Assembly: GCA_031362565.1 (NCBI GenBank)
Contig: JANLSU010000003.1
Span: 40,512-104,511 of the forward strand
Length of the DNA stretch: 64,000 bases
Direction: 5' to 3'
From: a bacterium
Lineage (GTDB): Bacteria > Krumholzibacteriota > Krumholzibacteriia > G020349025
Shown: positions 28,828 through 38,039 of the stretch, piece after piece
How positions within the stretch are numbered: position 1 is the first letter of the stretch
Layout of the letters: each line of letters opens with the position of its first letter
Notes under the pieces: generated by a model
What the model saw: only the letters and a program-made list of their open reading frames with translations
The model's database searches: none
Told to the model about the DNA's origin: nothing
Translations under genes and position numbers: made by a program

Positions 28828-29169
28828 CTAGTAGCGCCCGCCACCGCCGCCGCTACTGCGACCACCGCCACCGCCGTAACCGCCGCCAGCACCGCCGCCG
28901 CCGCCACCGCCGCCGAACGAACGCTCACGCGCTTCGCTGACAGTGATCGTGCGGCCGCCCATCTGGTAGCCGTTCAACTTCTGAACCGCGGTCTCGGCAT
29001 CGGTCTGGGAACTCATTTCGACGAAGGCGAATCCGCGCGGCCGGCCGGTCTCGCGGTCCGAGATCACAGAAACGTTCTCGACCTTACGGCCGTCGCCCTC
29101 GAACAGGTTGCGGATTTCTTCTTCGGTCGCCGTAAACGGCAGGTTCCCGATGTACAGTCTCTTGCTCAT
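28828..29169 (-). CDS. RRM RNA-binding protein with glycine-rich tail
   Basis: RNP2 LYIGNL, RNP1 RGFAFVEM, GGGG...RY tail; GAGGAG RBS. Confidence 0.96.
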   Translation of the reverse strand: MSKRLYIGNLPFTATEEEIRNLFEGDGRKVENVSVISDRETGRPRGFAFVEMSSQTDAETAVQKLNGYQMGGRTITVSEARERSFGGGGGGGGAGGGYGGGGGRSSGGGGGRY

Positions 29170-29221
29170 GAACTCGATCTCCTCACAAAACAGAATACGA
29201 ACCAAATCGGAACAAACTGGG

Positions 29222-29401
29222 GTCAGGCCTGGCTCTCCCAGCGACCCGAGCGTCGCGGACTTGCGGGCGCCTGAAAGGGCAACTTGCAAGAAACGGGCTC
29301 AGTCGCGGTCGAGCGTGAGGAATGACAGCTTGGTCGAACCGCCCGGTCGATCCGGCTGCGGTTCGGAACGGATGCTGACACCTCTCAGGCCAGATCCTGA
29401 C
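29222..29401 (-). ncRNA. Candidate structured 5' leader or ncRNA upstream of the RRM gene
   Basis: Ends pair (GUCAGG..CUGGC with GCCAG..CCUGAC); internal CGAACCGC/GCGGUUCG hairpin; begins just after TTGACA (29435)-18 nt-TACGCT. Confidence 0.45.
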
Positions 29402-29597
29402 TAAAAGCGTATCGACGTTTTGCGAGGTCTGTCAACCCGGGGAGGTGTGGGCTGCGCGCGGCGTTGACGGCGTTTCTGGAGTCCGGACAATGGCGCCGCC
29501 CGGGGCCCTGTTGGACCCCGGGCGGTGTCGATGTCGCCGTTGGCTGGTAGATTTCGAGGCCGCCTTCGGTGGGCGTCCACGCCCACCGGACCCGCCC

Positions 29598-30362
29598 TTA
29601 TTGCTGGTACAAGCCCTTCACCTGCGACCACGTCTTGCCTTCGACGCCGGTCGCGTTGAGTGTGAGGGCAATGTCGATATTCGAGTACGTCACGCCGGGC
29701 GTGATCTCGACGTTGACGGCGCGGCTCGTGCCGATCGGTTCGCCATCGTCGTGCACCAGGTTGCCGTTCACGTCCATATAGGCGGTCACGAAGTACTCGC
29801 CGCTCTGCAGCGCGAACGATTGGTAGGCCCCAGGCGCCGTCATCGTCGCCGGGATGCCACGCACGTTCAGGAATTCGAGATCCGGTCCCAGATGCGGGAC
29901 GATCCAGATCCGCCCGTGCTGCGGACCGCCGTATGTGACCTTGCCGAGGAGTTCGGCCGCCAAGTTGACCTGCTGCAGCGTGATGTCAACTCCGGTGACA
30001 CTTTGGCCGCCGGACACGACGATGCGCTGCGGCAGCGGGCTCCCGAAGAAGCCCACCGGCTCACCGCGGCTCGGGATGAGATTCGCGTTGATATCACGAT
30101 ACGCGAGCACGAAGTACGTCCCGTCCGACAAACCGTCCACTTCCCAGTGCCCCGCGTTCGAGCGCACATCGCTCGCTGCCAGGGGATCGACGATCCCAAG
30201 GCGAATGACGAACACGTAGTACAGGCCATGTCCGCCGCCACTGTTGATGATGTTGCCGCTCAGCTTCGCCGCATTGGCAGTACCCGCGACGAGCGCGAGC
30301 ATGCAAGCGGCGGCGATGCCCAGGCGGACCCTGCGGCTGCCGCGCATGAAACGATTGTTCAT
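29598..30362 (-). CDS. Secreted protein with two beta-sandwich-like repeats and C-terminal TWxxVKxxY tail
   Basis: Signal peptide ending ANA; internal repeat YFVLAYRDINAN...GEPVG / YFVTAYMDVNGN...GEPIG; ends ATGVEGKTWSQVKGLYQQ. Confidence 0.82.
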   Translation of the reverse strand: MNNRFMRGSRRVRLGIAAACMLALVAGTANAAKLSGNIINSGGGHGLYYVFVIRLGIVDPLAASDVRSNAGHWEVDGLSDGTYFVLAYRDINANLIPSRGEPVGFFGSPLPQRIVVSGGQSVTGVDITLQQVNLAAELLGKVTYGGPQHGRIWIVPHLGPDLEFLNVRGIPATMTAPGAYQSFALQSGEYFVTAYMDVNGNLVHDDGEPIGTSRAVNVEITPGVTYSNIDIALTLNATGVEGKTWSQVKGLYQQ

Positions 30363-30777
30363 CTGTTGCTCCGAACGACATCCAAACAACGACACTCGGC
30401 GACCGAAGCAGCAGCGCTTCGTCGCGAACTCGGCCGCGACATCGACCGTACTGGGGGGCGTTTGCGAAGGAACCTTGCGGGGGGCGGACACTCGTGTGTC
30501 CTTCGCGGATGCGCGAAGTCTACCACTCCACGCGCATTCGCGCTACGGGCAATCCACCAGAAATGTGCGTTCGACATGCCGCACGTGTGTGTGACGCGAT
30601 GCCAATGGCCCGTTTTCGGGGCTTTTTCCCCACTCGGACGCCACATTCACGTCAATTGGTGTGTTACGGTTCGCGGATGGAGCCCGATCACAACGTCCAA
30701 ATGCTGTGGCTGCGCCGAAGCGAAGGCGCGGGGCTCGATCCGGCGCTCCGGCCCGGCGACCGGCTCGAGGAAATCCC

Positions 30778-31272
30778 ATGACGCCGGCGGCCGCGACGAC
30801 GCTCTCCATCCAACACGCAAAGGGGCGGGGCCGCCTCGAATGCGACCAGTGGTTGGCGCGGCCGCGCGACGAACTGTTCCCGTTCTTCGCCGACGCGCAT
30901 AACCTCGAGCGCATCACGCCGCCGTTGGTGCGATTTCGCGTCACCGGCATGAGCACGCCGCAGATCATGGCCGGCACTCTCATTCACTACCGGTTGCGAT
31001 TGCACGGCCTGCCGATCGCGTGGACGAGCCGCATCGATCGCTGGGAACCGCCGCTCCGTTTCGTGGATCTGCAAGTGCGCGGTCCGTACCGGATCTGGCA
31101 TCACACGCATGAATTCGAGCCTGAACGCGGTGGCACCCGCATTCGCGACCGGGTCGACTTCCAACTGCCGCTGCCGTTCTTGCATCACACCCCGGTCGCA
31201 CGCCTCGTCGACGCCGACCTGCGGGAGATTTTCACCTACCGCCAGCGCATCCTCGCCGAACTCTTTGCTTGA
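30778..31272 (+). CDS. SRPBCC family protein
   Basis: FFADAHNLERITPP, FVDLQVRGPY..WHHTHEF, IFTYR. Confidence 0.88.
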   Translation: MTPAAATTLSIQHAKGRGRLECDQWLARPRDELFPFFADAHNLERITPPLVRFRVTGMSTPQIMAGTLIHYRLRLHGLPIAWTSRIDRWEPPLRFVDLQVRGPYRIWHHTHEFEPERGGTRIRDRVDFQLPLPFLHHTPVARLVDADLREIFTYRQRILAELFA

Positions 31273-31387
31273 ACGCCTGGACCGCCCCTTACATTGGGAA
31301 CCCTTTCGCGACCCGGACATTGAGGAACGCAGCACCGATCCGCCAAGGCGCGGCTTCACCCCATCGGGCGAAAGGATCTGCAGTCCC

Positions 31388-31897
31388 ATGTCCCAGGCAA
31401 TTCGGATTCGCATCGGCATCTCGTTGGCCGTCTGGGCCTTTGCGGCCAGCGTCAACGCCCAAACCATGGACAAGAAGACTTTGACTCTGGATGGCGCCAA
31501 GAAAGTGGCCGATGCGGCCGTCATGGAAGCCAAGCGGCTTGCCGCACCAGGCGGCGCGATCGTCGTTGTCGACGACGGCGGGGCGGTCATTCTCGTTCTG
31601 CGGCTCGACAACACGTTCCCCGCGGCAGCCAGTGTCGCGACCGGCAAAGCCCGCACCGCGGCGCAGTTCCGCCGCGCCACGAGCATTTTCGAGGACGCCA
31701 TCAAGAACGGCCGCGTGTCGCTGACCGCGGTGACCGAAATGGTGCCGCTGCAGGGCGGCGTGCCGATTCTCGTCGACGGCCAGGTCGTCGGTGCGGTCGG
31801 CGTCAGTGGCGCCGCATCCGCGCAGCAGGACGAGGACATCGCGAAGGTTGCATCGGTCGCGCTCGGCAGCGGCGAAACCACGACTTCGAAGCGCTGA
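31388..31897 (+). CDS. GlcG/HbpS family heme-binding protein, exported
   Basis: IVVVDDGG, KARTAA, GGVPI, GAVGVSGA, DEDIA; signal peptide. Confidence 0.9.
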   Translation: MSQAIRIRIGISLAVWAFAASVNAQTMDKKTLTLDGAKKVADAAVMEAKRLAAPGGAIVVVDDGGAVILVLRLDNTFPAAASVATGKARTAAQFRRATSIFEDAIKNGRVSLTAVTEMVPLQGGVPILVDGQVVGAVGVSGAASAQQDEDIAKVASVALGSGETTTSKR

Positions 31898-31900
31898 AAG

Positions 31901-33553
31901 GTGATGACGATGCGATTCTTCCGGACTCTTGTGTGTGTCGCACTCACCGCCGCAGCGCCGGCAGCGCCGGTCGCGGCCGCGACGGCGGCCACGGCCCAAG
32001 CTCCGGTGGGTGCACCCAAAGCCACCGTCGATCTCGCGACGGCCAGCGGGGCGCAACTCGTGAACGGCATCTGGCGCTACAGCGACGTGCAGATTGCCGG
32101 CGTCGATTTCCACGCCGCCGGACCCGACAACAAGCCCTCGGGGGCGCCGAATCGCACCGACGATTTCACGCCGCATGCGGGCGGCCTCGGTTTCGATGAC
32201 TCGGCTTGGCAAGTGCTCGACCCGGCAACGCTCGACGCGCGGCGCGCCGGCGGCAAGCTGTGCTTCAACTGGTATCGCATCAACGTCACGCTGCCGGAGC
32301 GCATCGGCACCTTCGATGTCACCGGCGCGACGGTGGTGTTCGAAGTGACCGTCGACGACTACGCCGAGATCTGGGTCGATGGCGAACTGCCGCGTGAACT
32401 CGGCCAAGCGGGCGGCAATCTCGTCGCCGGATGGAACGTGCCCAACCGTGTCGTACTGACGTCCGATGCCAAGCCGGGCCAGCACGTACAGCTTGCCGTC
32501 TTCGGCATCAACGGTCCGATTTCGGACTCGCCCCATAACTACATTTGGGTGCGGAACGCCAAACTGCTCTTCTACAAAGCGCCGCACGCCCTCGTACCGG
32601 TGCCCGTTGCAACCCACATCGAATGGCTCGATCCGGCGCTCGACGCCATCGTGCCGGCCGGAGTCCAGATCGAGAAACTGGCGGAAGGTTTTTCGTTCAT
32701 CGAGGGCCCGATTTGGCGGCCGGACGGCACGCTGCTCTTCAGCGAACCGAACGACAACAAGATTTGGCAATGGACGCCCGGCAACACCCTGTCGCTCTTC
32801 CTGGACAAGAGCGGCTATGACGGCGCCGACATCGCCGCCTACGGCCAGCCGGGTTCGAACGGTTTGACGCTGGACGCCCAAGGCCGCCTGACCATCGACC
32901 AGCATGGCAACCATCGCGTCGTGCGGCTCGAAAAGGACGGCGCACTCACGGTGCTCGCCGACCGCTATGAGGGCAAACGCCTCAACAGTCCCAACGACCT
33001 CGTCTACCGGTCCGACGGCACGCTCTATTTCACCGATCCACCTTTCGGACTGCCCAAGTTCTACGACGATCCGCGGCGCGAGCTCGATTTCTACGGCGTG
33101 TTCGCGCTCGAGAACGGCAAGTTGCGAGTCGTGAGCCGCGACTTCCGCGGTCCGAACGGACTGGCGTTCTCACCCGGCGAGAAATATCTCTACGTTTGCA
33201 ACTGGGACGAGATGAAAAAGGTCGTGATGCGCTACGAAGTGCGCCGCGACGGCGGGCTCGAGCCCGGTACGCTCTTCTACGACATGACGCCGGCGCCCGG
33301 CAGCGAGGCTCTCGACGGCTTGAAGGTCGACCGGCGCGGCAATGTCTATGTATCCGGCCCGGGCGGCGTGTGGATCTTGTCGCCCGAGGGGAAGCACTTG
33401 GGCACTCTCCAAGGACCCGAACTGCCAGCCAACTTTGCCTGGGGCGACGCCGACGGCAAGACCCTCTATATGACGGCCCGCGGCGGCTTGTATCGCGTCC
33501 GGCTCGGCATCGAGGGCATCCGGCCGGAGCCGGAGCAGCAAACCAAGCGCTGA
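31901..33553 (+). CDS. SMP-30/gluconolactonase family protein with N-terminal galactose-binding-like domain
   Basis: EGPIW, GSNGL, NSPND, PNGLAFSP, DGLKVD; N-domain VDDYAEIWVDG; signal peptide. Confidence 0.9.
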   Translation: MMTMRFFRTLVCVALTAAAPAAPVAAATAATAQAPVGAPKATVDLATASGAQLVNGIWRYSDVQIAGVDFHAAGPDNKPSGAPNRTDDFTPHAGGLGFDDSAWQVLDPATLDARRAGGKLCFNWYRINVTLPERIGTFDVTGATVVFEVTVDDYAEIWVDGELPRELGQAGGNLVAGWNVPNRVVLTSDAKPGQHVQLAVFGINGPISDSPHNYIWVRNAKLLFYKAPHALVPVPVATHIEWLDPALDAIVPAGVQIEKLAEGFSFIEGPIWRPDGTLLFSEPNDNKIWQWTPGNTLSLFLDKSGYDGADIAAYGQPGSNGLTLDAQGRLTIDQHGNHRVVRLEKDGALTVLADRYEGKRLNSPNDLVYRSDGTLYFTDPPFGLPKFYDDPRRELDFYGVFALENGKLRVVSRDFRGPNGLAFSPGEKYLYVCNWDEMKKVVMRYEVRRDGGLEPGTLFYDMTPAPGSEALDGLKVDRRGNVYVSGPGGVWILSPEGKHLGTLQGPELPANFAWGDADGKTLYMTARGGLYRVRLGIEGIRPEPEQQTKR

Positions 33554-33735
33554 CCGTCCCGCCCACAGCCGCGCTCCCCTGTCACCCGCAGCGACACCGC
33601 CGGTGAACCCGGGTTGCAGTTTGCTCCTCCGCCGTCGCGCCGGCGCCGCTCCGACGCGGCGTCCGGCGCGGGGCACAGACCCTGCTCGTTTGCGACCTGG
33701 CCCCCCGTCGCCCGCGCCTCCCGGCCGGAGACCCC

Positions 33736-34794
33736 ATGTCGCCCTTTCGAATCCTCGCCGCGGTTTTGGCGGCGCAATGCGCCCGGGCGGGCGCCGCCCT
33801 CGCCGTGCCCTCGCAGTTCTCGGACGCGGCACCGCGTACCGCCCAGATCGACCGGCCGTTCAGCGTTCCATCGACGTTCGCAGCCGGCGGCGCCCCGGGC
33901 GACGACTTCGCGCACGCCTTCCTCATTCCGGACCTGCCGTATGCGGATACCGGCACGACGTGTGGGTTCCAAGACGATGTAACGTCGCCGTGTACATTTC
34001 TCGGCGGGGCGCCTGACGTCGTCTACGTGTACACCCCGCCCGCCGACGCCGTGGTGGATGTCGACGTCTGTGATGTGGCCTTCGACGCCTCGCTGCATGT
34101 CTACGCCGGTCCGGAGTGGAAGCCGGTCGCTTGCAATGACGACGCCTGCGGGCGCGGGGCGCGCATCGCCGGACTCGAACTCCAGGCCGGGGTTGATTAC
34201 TACTTTGTAATCGACGGTTGGAATGGGACCTGTGGCGGCTATCGGCTGGCAATTCTGATCGATCCCGTCTTGTGTCAATTGGACACGCCGCCGAACGCGC
34301 GGTACGAGGGCGAGCCGGACTGCCACGCGGGTGTGTACGATGCTTACAATCGGGGTTGCAACGACTACCCCTACTCCTTCACCACCATCGAGTGCGGCGA
34401 TTCGACCGTCGTCGTCGCGGGCACCTACGGCACCTATCGCTACTACGACGAGGATTTCCGCGACACCGACTGGTACCAACTCAACTTGCATCATCCCGGC
34501 CTGTTGGAGTGTTCGGTGCTGGGTGGCGCGCCGACCCAACTGGCTATTTTGGACGGCCGGGAGGGCTGTGAGGGGTGGAGCGCGATCGCCGGGCCGGCCT
34601 TGGGAGAGGCCTGCGAACCCATCGCCTGCCAGGCGGCGCTCGAGCCCGGGACCTATTTCATCTTCGTCGCGACCCGGTGGTATGCCGGAATCCGTTGCGG
34701 GACTCGTTACCTCCTCTCGGTGCGCGGCCACCGCTGCCCGCCGATCGCGGTGCGAACCGCGACGTGGGGCGAGGTCAAGCAACGCTATCGGTGA
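33736..34794 (+). CDS. Cys-rich secreted protein, paralog A, with C-terminal TWGEVKQRYR tail
   Basis: Signal peptide; APDVVY, CNDDACG, YYFVIDGW, EGEP.C, FRDTDWY; collinear with the next gene. Confidence 0.85.
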   Translation: MSPFRILAAVLAAQCARAGAALAVPSQFSDAAPRTAQIDRPFSVPSTFAAGGAPGDDFAHAFLIPDLPYADTGTTCGFQDDVTSPCTFLGGAPDVVYVYTPPADAVVDVDVCDVAFDASLHVYAGPEWKPVACNDDACGRGARIAGLELQAGVDYYFVIDGWNGTCGGYRLAILIDPVLCQLDTPPNARYEGEPDCHAGVYDAYNRGCNDYPYSFTTIECGDSTVVVAGTYGTYRYYDEDFRDTDWYQLNLHHPGLLECSVLGGAPTQLAILDGREGCEGWSAIAGPALGEACEPIACQAALEPGTYFIFVATRWYAGIRCGTRYLLSVRGHRCPPIAVRTATWGEVKQRYR

Positions 34795-35071
34795 GTCGAG
34801 GGGCGCGCGGGCCCGAGCGCGCGAAAAAACCCACCACGAAAAACGGCACCGCGCGGTCCTCGCTGCGATCTGTCCTTGACCCACATGCACGCGGCCCCGT
34901 AGGGTAGAGAAGTAATCTTTAAGTATCCGAAGCGGAAAACCAGGATCGTTCGCGTCCAACCAAGGCGTGGGAAGTTCTGGCATTCCGCCTCTTCGCGGTT
35001 CTCCCCAATTTGCACCCTGCGGGCGAGAGCTGAGTGCCTCACTGCGAAGACCAACAAGGAGCCGCAGCATC

Positions 35072-36136
35072 ATGAAGAAGATCGCTATCTCGCTCACCGC
35101 ATGTCTTTTACTCGCAATGGCCGGCCAGGCCTTTGCGGCGCGCAGCGATTATTTCGGGAAGGCGCAGCCACCCAAGGACGTCAAGAACGGCAAACCACAA
35201 GCAGGCCCGTCACGCTATCCGCAGACCCAGGCCGGCGGCGAGAACTTCGGTAGCGCGACCGTCATTCCGAGCCTGCCCTATTTGGATACCGGCAACACCT
35301 GCGGCAACGTCGATGACGTGTTCCCGCCTTGCGCCTTCGCAGGCCTGTCGACGGCCCCGGACGTGGTGTACGCCTACACCCCGACGACCGACCAGTGCGT
35401 CACCTTGGACATGTGCAACTCCTTCTACGACACGATCCTGCACGTCTACGACCAAGGCTTCAACCTGGTGGATTGCAACGACGACTTCTGTGGCCTGCAG
35501 TCGACGATCGAGAACCTGGTTCTCGTCGGTGGCGTGACGTACTACTTCGTCGTCGACGGCTGGAACCTGTCGTGCGGCGACTATGAACTCGCCATCACCG
35601 AGTGCCCGCCGCCGTGCTCATCGGCGTGCCCCCCCGGCGCGATCTCGGAAGGCGAGCCGCCGTGCTCGACCGACTATGTCGACGCGACCAACGGTGGCTG
35701 CAACTCCACCCCGCCGGTGTTCTCGAACATCGAATGCAACGAACTCGGCGTGGAGATCTGCGGCACGTACGGCACGTACGGCTTCCAAGGCCAGTCCTTC
35801 CGCGACACCGACTGGTACGAGTTCACCTGCGAAACCACCAAGACGGTCAACTTCTGCGTCTGCGGTTCGCAGGCCACGCAGATCGCAATCCTGGACGCGG
35901 GCCAGGGCTGCGGCAACATCACCCTCGTGTGCGGTTCCGTATTCGGCGACCCGGGCCAGCAAGTGTGCTGCACGGCAGTGTTGCCGCCCGGTACCTACTG
36001 GCTGTTCGTCGGCACCGACGGCTTCGACGGCATCCCGTGCGGATCGCCCTACGTGCTGACGTTAGACGGCCTCTCGTGCCCGCCAGTTGCTGCCACGCCG
36101 GCCAGCTGGACGCACATGAAGTCCATCTACCGGTAA
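35072..36136 (+). CDS. Cys-rich secreted protein, paralog B, with C-terminal SWTHMKSIYR tail
   Basis: AAGGAG RBS; signal peptide MKKIAISLTACLLLAMAGQAFA; same motifs as paralog A. Confidence 0.88.
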   Translation: MKKIAISLTACLLLAMAGQAFAARSDYFGKAQPPKDVKNGKPQAGPSRYPQTQAGGENFGSATVIPSLPYLDTGNTCGNVDDVFPPCAFAGLSTAPDVVYAYTPTTDQCVTLDMCNSFYDTILHVYDQGFNLVDCNDDFCGLQSTIENLVLVGGVTYYFVVDGWNLSCGDYELAITECPPPCSSACPPGAISEGEPPCSTDYVDATNGGCNSTPPVFSNIECNELGVEICGTYGTYGFQGQSFRDTDWYEFTCETTKTVNFCVCGSQATQIAILDAGQGCGNITLVCGSVFGDPGQQVCCTAVLPPGTYWLFVGTDGFDGIPCGSPYVLTLDGLSCPPVAATPASWTHMKSIYR

Positions 36137-36172
36137 GCAAGCCTCGGCAGATTCACGGAGTCTCGTGACGGA

Positions 36173-36207
36173 AACGGGCGCCCAACCGGGCGCCCGTTCT
36201 GTTTTCT
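36173..36207 (+). terminator. Rho-independent terminator
   Basis: AACGGGCGCCC-AACC-GGGCGCCCGTT followed by CTGTTTTCT. Confidence 0.75.
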
Positions 36208-36307
36208 TGACACGTTGCGCTCCCGGCTAGGACGATGCGTTGACCCTGATCGGCGCCCCCGTGGGCGGCGCCGGCCCGTCAGGGGATTGTTCGTGCAAGG
36301 AGGATTC

Positions 36308-36868
36308 ATGCGACGACACTTCGGGCGAACGCTGCTGCTCTGCATGGCAGCAGCGGCGCTCCTCATCCCCGCCGGCGCGCTCGGATTGAGCGTGGGCGTC
36401 GGTGTCTTTGGCGGCGCGAGCATTCCCGTCATTCAAGACGACGCTGCAAGTGGCACGCAATTCGGTGTGCGGGTGCCCGTGCATCCCATCCCGCTTCTGA
36501 CCGTGGAGCCGTTCTACGCCCGGTCGGGGCTCGGTGACGTCACCCAAACATTTGGCGGCATCGAGTACACGCGCTCCGGGTTCGATGTCGACACGTTTGG
36601 CGTCAATGTCGCGTTGGGCGGTGCGGGGCTCGTCGGCGGGCTGCCGTTCTATCCGTATGCCGGCATCATGTCGCAACACTTGAAACGTCCTGGAACCGAC
36701 CGGACCGAGGTTGGCTACGCCGCCGGTCTCGGGCTCGGGTTGTCGGTGCCGATGGGAATCAATGTCACCGCGCGCGGCGAATTCAATCTCATCAAAACCG
36801 GCGAAACGTCGCGCAAGTTCGCCAATGTGACACTGGGTGTCACCAAGACACTCACCTCGTTCCCCTGA
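36308..36868 (+). CDS. Outer-membrane beta-barrel domain protein
   Basis: AGGAGG RBS; signal peptide; about 8 amphipathic strands, PYAG motif. Confidence 0.75.
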   Translation: MRRHFGRTLLLCMAAAALLIPAGALGLSVGVGVFGGASIPVIQDDAASGTQFGVRVPVHPIPLLTVEPFYARSGLGDVTQTFGGIEYTRSGFDVDTFGVNVALGGAGLVGGLPFYPYAGIMSQHLKRPGTDRTEVGYAAGLGLGLSVPMGINVTARGEFNLIKTGETSRKFANVTLGVTKTLTSFP

Positions 36869-36881
36869 AGGGAGGCTGCAA

Positions 36882-37442
36882 ATGCGTATTTCGAAGTCTG
36901 TCTATCGCGCCGCGGCTGTGGCTACCCTGGCCGGAGTGCTGAGTGGAACCGGCTGCTTGTTGACGTCGGGGCAGGTGCTGATTTCGTTCGATCTCACGAA
37001 CCCGATCACCGTGCCCACCGTCACGACTGCGATTCGCGTGCCGGTCGATCTCAACTCGATCGGTGACTACAGCGACCACAAGGGCGATTTGTCGGATCTT
37101 GCCGATCTGGCACTCGTGGGCGATGTTACGAACGGCAACACCGCGACCAGCATCGAGTTCTGGATCACCCCCGGCGCGACGAACCTCGCGGACGCCACCG
37201 CCGTCCGCGCCGACCCCACTGCGATCCAGCTCTGGGGTCCGCTGAGTCTCGGCGTCAACGAGACGCGGCGGATCGATTGGGACGCTTCGGCGGCATTGTT
37301 CACCGGCCGCCAAGCGCTTCTCGACGAGATCAAGGGTGATGGTGCGTTCACGCTGTACGCGCTCGCGTCGTCGACGGCGTTGGCCGCCAACTTCACGATC
37401 AACAACGGCGTGCTCATTCTAGTGCTCGACGCGGGGATTTGA
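36882..37442 (+). CDS. Hypothetical lipoprotein
   Basis: GGAGG RBS; lipobox-like SGTGC; beta-rich. Confidence 0.72.
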   Translation: MRISKSVYRAAAVATLAGVLSGTGCLLTSGQVLISFDLTNPITVPTVTTAIRVPVDLNSIGDYSDHKGDLSDLADLALVGDVTNGNTATSIEFWITPGATNLADATAVRADPTAIQLWGPLSLGVNETRRIDWDASAALFTGRQALLDEIKGDGAFTLYALASSTALAANFTINNGVLILVLDAGI

Positions 37443-37450
37443 TCCACGAC

Positions 37451-37490
37451 AAGGGGCGCGGCGGCGGCAACCACGCCGCCGTGCCTTCTT
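37451..37490. terminator. Hairpin between convergent genes, probable terminator
   Basis: GGCGCGGCGGCG-N7-CGCCGCCGTGCC flanked by AAG/CTT. Confidence 0.55.
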
Positions 37491-37975
37491 CAGTCCCGCA
37501 TGTTGATGAACTGTAGGTCGACACCCAGGTCGAGCTTGCGCAGGATCTGGATGACGGATTGTAGATCGTCGAGTTTCTTACCGCTCACCCGCACTTGATC
37601 GTCCTGGATTTGCGCCTGCACCTTGAGTTTGGCGCCTTTGATGGTTTTGACGATCTCGCGGCCCTTCTCGACCTCGATGCCTTCCTTGAGCTTGATGGCT
37701 TGCCGGAAGGACGACTTCGCACCGGGCTCCACTTTGCCCGGATCGAGGTTCTTGAGCGACACCTTGCGCTTGACGAGTTTATCCTGCAGCACTTCGAAGG
37801 CCGCTTCGATGCGGCCTTCCGTGCTCGAGCGAATCACGAATCCATCTTCGGTGCGCTCGAGTTCGGTGCCGGTCTCCTTGAAATCGTAGCGGGTCGCCAA
37901 TTCCTTGACGACTTGCTGGAAAGCGTTTTGAACTTCGGCTTTGTCGACCTTGTTCACGACGTCGAACGATGGCAT
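37490..37975 (-). CDS. yajQ: YajQ family nucleotide (c-di-GMP)-binding protein
   Basis: MPSFDVV, RYDFK, KVQAQIQDDQVRVSGKKLDDLQ, QFINMRD. Confidence 0.96.
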   Translation of the reverse strand: MPSFDVVNKVDKAEVQNAFQQVVKELATRYDFKETGTELERTEDGFVIRSSTEGRIEAAFEVLQDKLVKRKVSLKNLDPGKVEPGAKSSFRQAIKLKEGIEVEKGREIVKTIKGAKLKVQAQIQDDQVRVSGKKLDDLQSVIQILRKLDLGVDLQFINMRD

Positions 37976-38039
37976 GTGACCCTACCTCCGGCCGCTGAAA
38001 ATGGCCGATCGAGGCGCGAGCCGTCAATGGTGGGCTTTT

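Noticed and set aside
28835..28915. (CCG/CCA)n repeat
   Set aside because: It encodes the glycine-rich tail of the RRM protein and is not an independent repeat element.
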